From contig JBAYHC010000001.1 in the NCBI GenBank assembly GCA_041666325.1, positions 329,708-393,707 on the forward strand: DNA of 64,000 bases, written 5' to 3'. Numbering within the stretch: the first letter of the stretch is position 1; every line of letters starts with the position of its first letter. Origin of the DNA: Patescibacteria group bacterium (GTDB lineage: Bacteria > Patescibacteriota > UBA1384 > XYA2-FULL-43-10 > 1-14-0-10-43-13). A program made the position numbers and the translations under genes. Below are positions 19,601-24,671 of the stretch, in pieces. A model generated the notes under the pieces. The model was not told the origin of the DNA. It did no database searches and was given only the letters and a program-made list of their open reading frames with translations.

Positions 19601-20199
19601 CCACCGGTAAATGTTCCGCCCGTCTGACTCCAACCAGAGCTCCCGACCGTTACGGCAATACCAGTATCTTGGATTAACGTACCAGTGCTCTGAATAATCC
19701 CTGCCACATTGGCAGCGGCATCAATATGGACCGTAACGTTTGAATCAATCCGGGCAATTTCAGTATCGTTCGGCACATGCCCAAGCGTCCAGCTAGCAGC
19801 ATTACTCCAATTGTTACCAGCCCCCGTCCAGGAATTATCAGCCGCCATCGCCCTTTGTTGAAATTGGGGGGCGGTACCATAAAATGTCACTGTCACGAAC
19901 AGGACCAACAAAATCGCCGCATGAATCCGAGAGCTCCAAGGGTTCATGTGCCAACGGTAATACCACTGCCAACGCATCCGCAAGTAGCAATGCACCGGAG
20001 CAAGCCAAGGAATGTTGGTTTTAGTTGAGTGCTGAATCCGTAAAATTTTATTGTCAATCGAACGCAGCTCCTTCACGTGGGCCTGTTCAGCCTTAAGTAA
20101 ATTTTTGATATCTCTCTTGTCTTTTGCCAGAACACCAAAATCACCGCTCTTGCTGCGGTTTTTCTTCAAAAATTTCTTTAATCCTCCCAGAACTTTCAA
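4633..20199 (-). CDS. Giant cell-surface, adhesin-like protein (5188 aa): N-terminal signal/TM anchor, 3x LamG-like, long Gly/Thr/Ser/Asn-rich beta-helix repeats, 6x Calx-beta, C-terminal FN3/Ig-like modules
   Basis: Single ORF. LamG motifs FDGFIDETRVSN, WNGQIDEISFW, FVGSIDDTRIYNRVLTQSE. Calx-beta consensus repeats (GSGTDYTLA..G..TI.AG.T...P..I..D..DE.DE) x6. FN3-like TAPALPTGL..SLSWTNP. TM/signal RIHAAILLVLFVTVTFYG..AMA. Start is TTG at 20199 with AGGAGG upstream; alternative ATG starts at 19977 or 19950 precede the hydrophobic segment. Confidence 0.8.
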   Translation of the reverse strand: MKVLGGLKKFLKKNRSKSGDFGVLAKDKRDIKNLLKAEQAHVKELRSIDNKILRIQHSTKTNIPWLAPVHCYLRMRWQWYYRWHMNPWSSRIHAAILLVLFVTVTFYGTAPQFQQRAMAADNSWTGAGNNWSNAASWTLGHVPNDTEIARIDSNVTVHIDAAANVAGIIQSTGTLIQDTGIAVTVGSSGWSQTGGTFTGGNSAITNSGNFTLSGGVFTSTSGTLSTAGNWSQTDGTFLHNSGTVDFTKTSGIQTLAMGYTPFNNFAHSGAGELQTSTPSWQYRRVITIDHTKFPDVASPSATYANFPVMISASSLSNINALGTDIRFTDSAGTPLAREIESYASGALIAWVKFTPTKDAGDATDDTLYMYYGNSGAVEPTATSAYGKNSVWTSNYLGIYHLADAGPTNAVDSTSVANDGTQGGGVTFGASGKIGAATSYDGTDDIMTLKNYSITTSTIEMWINPDTIVNGDRIISNTDGAAGGFTTQFASSKIQYWNVPAGSWSDWSSTALSAGNWYHLAMVTSGGNSTLYINGAAGNTLSAASSPFGTLGLAAKFRSTYGTTFDGFIDETRVSNTALSAEWITAEYNNQSSPATFATAGVELGSVFNVSGSATVSAGTFNINGRNLTTAGVFTVSSGATFSLTGDETITNGTTTLASGSTVAYVATSGTRAIKNWSYPNLTINGSGGTFNLPADTTVSGNLTLTAGTLDVTASNYSLSVAGNWNNNGGSFTARSGTVTLAGAGGNVTSGAGTFNNLTLNSAPGDVSSGMVGRFNLDETSGNTVRDATLTNANNLTDNNTTPSVAGKVSNAANLASANNEYLRIVDNPSLRTGDIDFTVSGWVNLASKPEAGVIVGKWQHGGDRTQNEWVLEYDGPTSGDRFRFYVSSNGTAVSANASADNLGSPSLSTWYFIVAWHDAANNTINIQVNNGTVNTTSWSSGVFGGTSAFTIGSHEYSGTTYPWNGQIDEISFWRRTLTADEKTVLYNAGNGKAYSSLTSAEKASLVSYWGLDESSAGAGAVTRADSHGGIGVVTGATATTGVIGGGQAFNGSAYISAGNPSALNFNASDSFSINMWANSSNWATNYEMLFDKYLEATLKGYSLGADGTNRTLSFAIGGGSWPGNFLRVTTQSALSNSTWYHIVATYDGSESVSGVKIYVNGVSQTLTTVIDALSAADTTSTAPAQIGARNGSNYGFVGSIDDTRIYNRVLTQSEVSELYHGTYTLQDDLNVDGNLTLTAGTLDVSADNRNINVGGNFANSATFNGRSGTVTFDGASQTISGNTTFNNFATTTQDQTLSFAAASTQTISGTWTVTGADSHPITLQRSGGAGVWNVNPTTANISYATISNSTNLGSAITATNSTDGGGNTGWTIPLPFTLSGTCQKYDRSTNCAEGETVKVAVNGTVDNVNTGTTSSGSFSISGLTAPNSGDVITVFVSGVDDALEANAVTKYDGSGNITGMTLYEDHLTIGSGDNQTIANSDLANYDNSVSAASHNDIFFEVNADNDLSTDATDQTSQDTLLVLANNTYRPDSASSGNVGATHLIINSSGTITADGNSWNIAGNWTNSGSWDAGTSTVTFDGSSNSVIVTGGTGTTQDFNAIVVNKGVSTNYAQLSTNGLDVDSTLTVTVGVLDLNGQNISTTTTMTVANGATLKQTGDETISATPTLSATCTVEYTATSGTRNIRNWTYTNAIVKINGTGGTFTLPGDKTLGGLTVSAGTFDISTRLLTVSGATTLNGGDLTGTIAMDFNGGLTISDAGSALTAASHTLVAGTYEKSAGTTDWTTNSSGFYILPNSDYAIPTDTYYDLYLYNQGMTYRTLSLSSGTTTIRNLTITPQSVPFGEITLAVGAETLTASGNISTSYQNAEKGKITVTSGTINVGGNWSNAGSFTAGTGTVTFTGSSQTISGNTTFNNFTKTNSTNDATDAILAFTAGTTQTVGGLLTLDGLDDDDRVNLVSSSSPTRWNLAANGTFAIDYADVTDSNATGLTPTYTNTNDGGNNVNWGFGITISGTCQKYNRSTNCASDETIAVAVNGEIQTGKTATTNFDTGTFSISGVTTPNSGDTITVFVSGVDDALEANAVTKYDGSGSITGVKLYEDHLTIGSEDNQTVANSDLDSYDNSVSVNEDIFFEVNADNDLSTDATDQTSQDTLLVLANNTYRPDSASSGNVGATHLIINSSGTITADGNNFTIPGNWTNSGTFTADTSTVTISGSGTSTFTGNTSFNSLTCAVAGKQLTFTAGSTQTIGGVLTLTGTYSNMILLRSSSSGSAYTIVKNGTTNIDWVDVKDSTATNAITATDGTNNTGNTNWTFTYENRYRIGAGGNWNNTNYWSKTSGGATGESTPGVNNNAYFDSNSSSSCTLGASASVRNIYSLGGYAGTLTTNSSLYSFTIGGAIEWDAGTLTISSPTTISNSIAIGGTATFNINHAQALGSAAMIINGGTIDNSSGTSITLSTTNAQTWNSSFAFAGTTNLTFGPGSITLANDVTVTTNGSSVRVLAVGNVIGGNYSLAKSGPSRLQLSGANTFGGSGKSITLNAGYLYINNASALGDAANVFIVNGGTIDNTSGSTVTMANNYLMQWNASFSYTGNRSIVFGTGSVTLGTNCTVTSGSSNYPLTVGGAISGSYNIIKAGVGALTLSGANSFVGSLTIDAGTLTLPEANAFTGDVTLNAGTLTLSGANTFLGDVTLNAGTININHATALGNAANTLVINGGTIDNSTAGNITLSNNYPVQINASFAFTGTRSLLFGTGAVTLGANCTFTLNGSTSYALGFSGVVSGNFGIIKESTGGLILGGANDFTGGVTLNAGRLYINHNTAIGTGTLVINGGDLENSSSGTVTLTNNNAQTWNASSFSFNLYHGDQNLNLGSGAVTLGANCSVLSYNSRILTVGGVISGDYKLTQAGPATLEITGSNSYTGGTTVSAGYLIFSNGSLGTTGNITFSNGTLRYASGNTQDISGRIKSSGSAIKIDTNSNNVTFASTIDNSNTAGLTKSGAGVVTLNAANTYLGTTSLDGGALNINNPTAVSSGTLNLNAGGGVIDNTSGAPITLSNNNPIILANSITFTGSNSLNLGTGAVTISGGNRSLDQNGSTLTVGGIIDDGVNSYKISKSGVGTLTLNGANTFDGGFSLYGGTLNLGHASALGTGTFTFVNAGTSFDNTSGAPMTLTNNNAIVFGNTSPTFIGSNDLDLGTGGGTITASSGSGFTVNSHTLTINGVISGAKTFSKAGVGTLTLGGANTFSNGMTVSAGTLNINHAQAIGSGTFTISGGTIDNTSGTSITLANNNVMAWNGDFAFTGTNDLNLGTGVPTLNANRSVTVNGGTLTVGGAMTGGGNARTLTKNGNGTLVVGASPGYMGSWTVSGGTIRAEAALTLNNATQDLAITSGTLDLNGQDLTVNDQFTIGAAGVLKMTGDEAAVSTLDTITEGATIEYHATSGTRDIKNWTYTNATLWINGAGGTFTLPTNLTARGVDIDNGTLTQSSTHSITVGVANFDVSNGNFSGGSGTVDINGNLALAGGTFTSTSGQLQVSGDWTKSSGAFTHNSGTVVFDGTSQTISGSTTFNAFSTTTQDQTLSFNAGDTQTIAGTWTVTGAADHLIALQRSGGSGQWNVLPQGSVNISYANVSNSNNQGTAILPTNSTNGGGNTGWFTTTPTVTTQAATTVLQTTIVANGTTTATGGANATVRGFKYGLTETDTWDSYDSGDFGAEAFTKTITGLTLNTTYYIRAYATNSIGTSYGSYVSFTTSQVPAVQFTLASSSGAESTLSPSIEISIPSQSSENVSVSYAVTGGTATGSGTDYTLASGTATITAGGTTTTLPLSIANDLADEVDEAVIMTISSPTNATLGANTAHTYTITDDDNAPSVTLSLADSPLAENGGVAVATATLSAVSGKSVTVNLAYSGTATNITDYTRSSASIVVAAGELTGTASLTGVDDSLDESDETMIVDIDSITNGTEATPQQVTAYITDDDGTPTIAFSAATASGSEATTSVTLTVNLSNASSQEITAGYTVTGTASGSGTDYTLANGVATIAAEATSTTIPLTIVNDTLDENDETVIVTLSNPANAGLGVNSAITYTITDNDNPAVIQFSSTTSGNAESTTSVNIAVSLDVASGLATSAQYTLSGTATGSGTDYTLAAGTAEIAAGETSVNIPVTIVNDALDEDNETIILTLSNPANSSLGSNTTHTYTITDDDATPSITFDTDAESGAESVTSKSITLSLSAVSGRNITVSYALSGTAAGSGTDYTLANGTATVAAGQASTTLGFAVVDDPTDELDETVVIDISNPTNVALGATTEYTYTIADNDNPPTVGFLAASSSGLETVVAPTITVSLSLASAKEITVAYATSDGTAEAGSDYTAASGTLTFAAGETSKSIALAVTDNGVVEADETLVATLSDPSNATIGANQTHTYTITNDDTNPTGTISINDAAAKSNATTVTLSVTTDKAPQMKVANSESELGSADYETFATTKSWVLAAGADSIRTVYLKLKDQYGNESEVISDTIVLDTTAPALPTGLVAVSGNTSISLSWTNPTDSDFVNIAIFRSTTENFTPDLVANKIASTTTTSEATYVDTTAENNTTYYYAIKALDDADNYSSASTQVSGKPDSDNPTTPGSPTITERVSLLDSKEIVNKKDIAFTWNLSTDDNSGIKAYYLSIGRASGLKDVVDSQEILVSTLTNADMPTAKYQLPTDGIYYARIQAKDNLGNTSSYSSELAMIVDTEKPQMSETMMMFDASDRASGKYAVALVWPLAKEDGSGLLGYAVAKDDQSIVAASKLITEKVTEDKLSGYAYYFDGTTAEESASYSVVAIDRAQNVSGRLEGILADTTVLKTTNQQAGSKTIKLSSSVIGEGKLEITDINAMPSEVSGKKTQAKVTWKTTVPSTSQVEYGQGSDYTNKTVLDSGLNSTHTVILSDLVPNTTYHYRIITKDKHGNEVVSPDQSLATKQVIKDKGVLEIILQNITDAFSGIANAIKNLLSYSAGTANASNGESILSVINISTPDRPANAIYWEGDGTKKLERKEEDGDFVAIVETENNFYIDFQIKSGRRYSYRLGDEVREASEGTSGTPVIQDIKIEQGMTSQSESSVIVSFKTDTLSKAKVNYGESASYGQEIGAGDDLNQSHTLLIERLKPNTTYHFRLSASSQDASSESDDQVFATERPPVDESVLEVILHALQQAFSGFEDWINN
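6900..8990 (-). repeat. Tandem array of six Calx-beta-encoding units (period about 335 nt) inside the giant gene
   Basis: Recurrent ..catcatc(g/a)gtgatggtgta(g/a)gt.. nt motif about every 335 nt; protein repeats ending TYTITDDD/TYTITDND. Confidence 0.6.
13620..14230 (-). repeat. Intragenic direct repeat copy A (about 600 bp), paralogous to 15510-16120; contains a roughly 100-nt stretch identical to copy B
   Basis: 13666-13768 matches 15557-15659 exactly; flanks about 85-90% identical; the protein segments ..SGTCQKY.RSTNCA...VFVSGVDDALEANAVTKYDGSG.. are duplicated. Confidence 0.75.
15510..16120 (-). repeat. Intragenic direct repeat copy B (about 600 bp)
   Basis: See copy A; the six-frame track shows the same spurious ORF tail (LPSAV.VPLLLMMRCVAPTLPELAESGR) at both loci. 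Confidence 0.75.
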
Positions 20200-20400
20200 T
20201 TCCCTCCTGTGCTGTCGCGAATTGAATTCAACATTATAATTATACCAACCATGCGCCTAATATGGAAGAGGTTTACTGCAAAAACGGATGATTGAGTTGG
20301 CCAGAAAAAGAATATGGTGCCAAAGTAATAATTATCAACATGTTGCACGTAACACCGGATACAGCCATGGCTCCATCGGCCCCAGATATAGGGAGTGATA

Positions 20401-21231
20401 CTAGAGAGACCGAAGGATTTCTAGGTTGGGGGCATCCCCTTTTCCCTTAAGACTTGGTGTCTCGATGATTCCGAAAAGATCACGGAGTTTAGGATGAGAA
20501 ACAATACGGCCAAACGCCTCAAGTCCCATCTCGCCCATCCCGATGTCGGCATGACGGTCTCTTTTTGAGTTGAAAGGGGTAGCAGAGTCGTTAATATGAA
20601 GTCCGACCAATCTTTCGATTCCGATAAGCTTGTCTATCTTGTCAACAAATTCATCAAGCCCATTCTTCGTGTGTAGTGCGTAACCAGACTCAAAGGCGTG
20701 AGCCGTATCAATTAGAATTTTGAGGCGGGGCGATCTCACGCTCTTTATGATTTCACCTATTTCTTCTATTTCATCGCCAATAACGTTTCCAGAACCTGCT
20801 GAATTTTCGATTATCAAATCCGGACCATCTGGTACAGCATCCAAAATATTCCTAATCGCCCCGGCAACATTTTCCGCTACATCTTCAAACGTTTTATCAT
20901 TTGAAGAGCCGAGATGAGTATTGACCCCAAGCAAGCCAAGACGTTTGCCCTTCTCTAGCTCATCTATGAGCGACTTTTGTGATGCTTCATAATAGAATGG
21001 ATTATTGCCAGACAAGCTAATAAGATAGATGGAGTGAGAAATAATCGGCGAAACTTTCGCCTTCTGGTTCATCTCAACAAACCGCTCCATCTCTTCATCG
21101 GGAATTATGACTGGATTCCAGCGCTGCGGCGCGTTCAAGAAAATCTGCATACACTCGCAACCGATGTCACTCGCTCGTTTGATGGCCTCTGAAAATGGCC
21201 GGGCTGCTGAGACATGAGCTCCGAATTTCAT
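20401..21231 (-). CDS. nfo: Endonuclease IV (AP endonuclease, TIM-barrel Nfo family)
   Basis: Motifs HxxYLINL, GVNTHLGS, IENSAG, LGICLDTAH-like (ILIDTAHAF) and GLHINDS over the full length. Confidence 0.85.
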   Translation of the reverse strand: MKFGAHVSAARPFSEAIKRASDIGCECMQIFLNAPQRWNPVIIPDEEMERFVEMNQKAKVSPIISHSIYLISLSGNNPFYYEASQKSLIDELEKGKRLGLLGVNTHLGSSNDKTFEDVAENVAGAIRNILDAVPDGPDLIIENSAGSGNVIGDEIEEIGEIIKSVRSPRLKILIDTAHAFESGYALHTKNGLDEFVDKIDKLIGIERLVGLHINDSATPFNSKRDRHADIGMGEMGLEAFGRIVSHPKLRDLFGIIETPSLKGKGDAPNLEILRSL

Positions 21232-21644
21232 TTTATATCCCTTAGGCTGTTATTCAAGATTATTGGTTTCATCGTAATTATTTCGGCCTTGTAAAACTCG
21301 ATCTCGGGCACAGGATTAAGTAGGTAAATTTTCTGGTTGAGCACATGCGCAAAACCCATCTCTAAAAACGTGTTGCCACCAATATAGTTATCAATGCCCT
21401 TTTTTTCGTAGTTGGCAACCAGAACAGCATCAGCACCCTGCATCAGATCCCAGAACTCCTTGATAACGCAATCAATGTTTGTTTCTTGATCTAATTTGAT
21501 CCTCTCTTTTTCTTTCTCGTCCTTTCCAACAAATGGATCGATCAGACCGGTGACAAATGCTTCGTGGCCCATTTCGATCAAACGGTTTTTTAGCGCCAAT
21601 ATCTTTTCCGCGTGATTCATGCTACCAACTACACCGATTCTCAT
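21228..21644 (-). CDS. Nucleoside 2-deoxyribosyltransferase-like (NDT/DNPH1 superfamily) protein
   Basis: 138 aa; N-terminal MRIGVVGS.. Rossmann-like start and C-terminal GGNTFLEMGFAHVLNQKIYLL matching the NDT catalytic Glu region; 4-nt overlaps with both neighbours. Confidence 0.55.
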   Translation of the reverse strand: MRIGVVGSMNHAEKILALKNRLIEMGHEAFVTGLIDPFVGKDEKEKERIKLDQETNIDCVIKEFWDLMQGADAVLVANYEKKGIDNYIGGNTFLEMGFAHVLNQKIYLLNPVPEIEFYKAEIITMKPIILNNSLRDIK

Positions 21645-22411
21645 TTAAGTCTCCCGAATTCTATCTTCAAATTTTCAACATTCATTATAGCATAGTGGTC
21701 CAAGACTGCTCCGCCCAACTTCACAATCTTGGTTCCCCCGACATAAGCTATACCGGCTCTGCTATGAAGATGGCCGCAAATATGGGCGAGGGGAGAGTGC
21801 GCCAAGCGCGAAGTGCCCGAAAAACCGAAAGCGCCAAAACCCAAAGCCGATGATTGTTTTTCTGGATCTTTAGGTTTTGGGATTTGGGTTTTGGGTTTTT
21901 CCGCTGAAAGCGGAGCAGGGGAGAGAGAGTCGGCTGAAAAATATTTGAGCCTACCTGGCGGTGGATAATGCCACAAAAGGATTGATCCACCAATTGAATC
22001 CGGTTGAATCTCGCCCAGCGGATCACTCTCACCCTCCCACCTGATAGGCGAGCCGCCAATACCGACAAAACGATGTTTGGCCACTTTTCTCTCTCTCCCA
22101 TCAAGGCATGGATATATCTCATTCAAGATGTCAAAACCATCACCAAAATCATTGTTGCCGGAAACCCAGACAAAATCTTTATCAACCTTCTTCAAAAATT
22201 TTATTAGCTCAAGAACAAAAGAAACCGGACGTCCAGAGTTCAGGAAGTCACCCACAAAGACGAGGAGACCAATGTCTTGCCTCTCCAACAAGAAGAGCTC
22301 GATCTTCTTGAGCATGGTCAGCGACCCATGAAGGTCAGAAAAAAGAAAGGCGTTCATGCCAGGTTCCTCATGATTGTTGCAATTTATGTCCCTGAATTTC
22401 CATGTAACCAT
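21641..22411 (-). CDS. Calcineurin-like metallophosphoesterase with an internal low-complexity insert
   Basis: MPE motifs DLHGS, GDFLNSG, GNND, GHLH; about 40-aa insert (PKTQIPKPKDPEK..GFGAFGFSG) between motifs IV and V. Confidence 0.65.
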   Translation of the reverse strand: MVTWKFRDINCNNHEEPGMNAFLFSDLHGSLTMLKKIELFLLERQDIGLLVFVGDFLNSGRPVSFVLELIKFLKKVDKDFVWVSGNNDFGDGFDILNEIYPCLDGRERKVAKHRFVGIGGSPIRWEGESDPLGEIQPDSIGGSILLWHYPPPGRLKYFSADSLSPAPLSAEKPKTQIPKPKDPEKQSSALGFGAFGFSGTSRLAHSPLAHICGHLHSRAGIAYVGGTKIVKLGGAVLDHYAIMNVENLKIEFGRLK

Positions 22412-23033
22412 CGAAGAGACGGATGCTGTCCACTACAATGTCACTTCCTACGAGTGGTAAATATTCCTTGGTATTCTTCTCTATTGTCGGCCTGAGAGCA
22501 TCAATTATTTTCGGAGGCGCAGCTATATTTCCAGCCTTGATTTCCGCAATCTCAAAATTCATCCTGCCGTCAACCACGGTTGGTCTTATGCCCACATACA
22601 GTTTGAGAGAAAAAATACTCTCACTTGACCTGCCACTGATAACAATCGACTCTTGATTAACTTTGAGACTTGCCCGCTTCAGGGGAAATGATGGTTCATC
22701 AATCTGAAACACTCGTCCCAAAGCGGCCTCATTGACCGTAATCATAATAATATTTGAATCGAGTTGCTTGGTCTCGATATCACTATTCGGCTTTTGTCCG
22801 ATTACAGAAATTGCCCGATCAAACCAGGCGCCGCTCTTCCGACTCGGGGTCGTACTCCTCGACCGAACATAGTTACCCACAAAAAGAAGGCAACCGACAA
22901 GGAGAATGAAAACGAAGCCGAGAATTAGTGCAAGAGAAAACAGAGAACAAGAACTTCTTAACCTCAGCTTGTCAATTTCACCATAAAAATTTTCTTTAGC
23001 GAAAGAAGTGCTTTGATTGTTGCGCTTTGGCAT
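22368..23033 (-). CDS. Membrane-anchored hypothetical protein upstream of murJ
   Basis: One N-terminal TM (LFSLALILGFVFILLVGCLLFV) and about 150-aa extracytoplasmic domain; no motif recognised. Confidence 0.45.
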   Translation of the reverse strand: MPKRNNQSTSFAKENFYGEIDKLRLRSSCSLFSLALILGFVFILLVGCLLFVGNYVRSRSTTPSRKSGAWFDRAISVIGQKPNSDIETKQLDSNIIMITVNEAALGRVFQIDEPSFPLKRASLKVNQESIVISGRSSESIFSLKLYVGIRPTVVDGRMNFEIAEIKAGNIAAPPKIIDALRPTIEKNTKEYLPLVGSDIVVDSIRLFDGYMEIQGHKLQQS

Positions 23034-23042
23034 GAGGCTCCC

Positions 23043-24668
23043 TTAGTCCTCGATACTTCCCGAAACGGTACTTATTTGCTCCCCCGCAATAGATTTTACA
23101 TCAGAGTTATTGATTCTGCGAGCAAAAACCCACTTCAGCTCCTCACTCCCCGCCAAGTAGGAAAGCAAGCAGTAAATGACGAGCCCAGAAACGACTGCTA
23201 CTACTGTTTGGACCAAGACTCCGATAAAATGACTCATATCGACATAATTAACAGCAACGTGCATCGCCGACCAGACACCGACACCCATAATCAAAGAATT
23301 GATTACTATCTTCTCAAGAGAGCTTACCAACGAGACTAAATTAAGATCGGGATAGCGCCGCTGCAAAGCCGCAAAAAGAATGCCGAGGTGAATGAAACTA
23401 CCAACAGAAAACGCTAAGGCCAGGCCGGATACCGAAAAATATTTTGTTAGCGGATAGGCGAGAATCACGCTCGAGATAACCATGGCCAGAGAAGCATACA
23501 TAGGTATCTTGGTATTCTTCAGAGCAAAAAAGGCCCGGGCAAATAACGGAATCAATCCCTGTGCCAAAAGAGAAATTGAGAAAAATCCAAGAGTCAGAGC
23601 CGTCATCTTCGTGTCATCCCAGCCAATTTTATCACTACCAAGAATCAGGCGAACGATCTGAGCCCTCAGCAAAACCAGAATAATCGATGATGGAATAAGC
23701 AGAAAAGCAATCGACTTCATGGCACGTAACAAATAGGTGGCAAACCCCTTGTTATCATTCTCAGATATCTTTATCGCCAAGGTTGGGAATACAGCAGCTG
23801 CAAAGGAATTACCCAAAACCACTACCGGGACGGTCTGAATATTATTTGAATAATTGAAAGCTGAGATGGCACCAACAGCTAACGTGGACGCAACGGCCGT
23901 AAAGACAGTGAGAAGCATTTGGCTGGCACCAAGGCTGATGCTCCTTGGAACCATCAGCCTTAAAATTTTTCTTATATTCTTATCGCGAAAATTAGCAACC
24001 ACGGAGTACTTAAAACCAAGATGAAACAGGGCCGGGATCTGTATTAGCGCATGAAGCGCAGCACCAGCCACGACACAATAAACCACGCCAACAACCCCAA
24101 AGCGCGGAGCCGCCCAGAGTGCCCCGAATATAATCGAAGCGTTGTACAACAATGGCGCTAACGAGTAAGCCAAAAAACGCCTTGACGTATTTAATATTCC
24201 GCCAATAACATATGATGCTGAGAAAAATATCGGGGTCATCATGAGCAGGCGAGAGAGCTTAACGGTTTCCGCAATCTTCTCGAGTGAAAAATTTGGAACG
24301 ATCAAGGGAACAAGAATCGGCATCAAAAAGAAAAAGACTACAGCAACAACAAGCATCGCAGAGGAAGCAATATTGATCATCGAGCTCGCCATCTGATATC
24401 CATCGTCAAGTTTTTTCTTGGCAACAAAATCGGCAAATATTGGTATAAAAGCCGAAGTGATAGCACCTAGAATCAGAAAATTAAAAACTGTATCCGGGAT
24501 GCGAAATGCAGCAAAATAGACATCTGATTCAGCGTAGGAAATATTTCGGGTCAAAAAAAAGTCGCGGAAAAGACCCAAAACATTACTTAAGGCTAACGTG
24601 ACGATTAGCAATAAACTTGCCCCACGAACAGATGTCTCCTGTCCGAAAAGCTTAAACATTCGCTTCAT
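23043..24668 (-). CDS. murJ: Lipid II flippase MurJ (MOP superfamily)
   Basis: 541 aa, about 14 TM, MviN/MurJ-typical N-terminal region (RGASLLLIV..FRD) and overall architecture. Confidence 0.8.
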   Translation of the reverse strand: MKRMFKLFGQETSVRGASLLLIVTLALSNVLGLFRDFFLTRNISYAESDVYFAAFRIPDTVFNFLILGAITSAFIPIFADFVAKKKLDDGYQMASSMINIASSAMLVVAVVFFFLMPILVPLIVPNFSLEKIAETVKLSRLLMMTPIFFSASYVIGGILNTSRRFLAYSLAPLLYNASIIFGALWAAPRFGVVGVVYCVVAGAALHALIQIPALFHLGFKYSVVANFRDKNIRKILRLMVPRSISLGASQMLLTVFTAVASTLAVGAISAFNYSNNIQTVPVVVLGNSFAAAVFPTLAIKISENDNKGFATYLLRAMKSIAFLLIPSSIILVLLRAQIVRLILGSDKIGWDDTKMTALTLGFFSISLLAQGLIPLFARAFFALKNTKIPMYASLAMVISSVILAYPLTKYFSVSGLALAFSVGSFIHLGILFAALQRRYPDLNLVSLVSSLEKIVINSLIMGVGVWSAMHVAVNYVDMSHFIGVLVQTVVAVVSGLVIYCLLSYLAGSEELKWVFARRINNSDVKSIAGEQISTVSGSIED

Positions 24669-24671
24669 AAT

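Noticed and set aside
4633-20199. Dozens of 60-200-aa ORFs on both strands inside the giant gene (for example 10970-11428 +, 17606-18055 +, 6210-6812 -)
   Set aside because: They are out-of-frame or antisense reading frames of a repetitive, compositionally biased coding region. Duplicates of the same spurious tail at 13481-13723 and 15425-15619 confirm they track the DNA repeat, not real genes
21748-22331. Overlapping ORFs 21748-22122 (-), 22077-22331 (+), 22108-22311 (+)
   Set aside because: They are alternative frames of the metallophosphoesterase gene with low-complexity products
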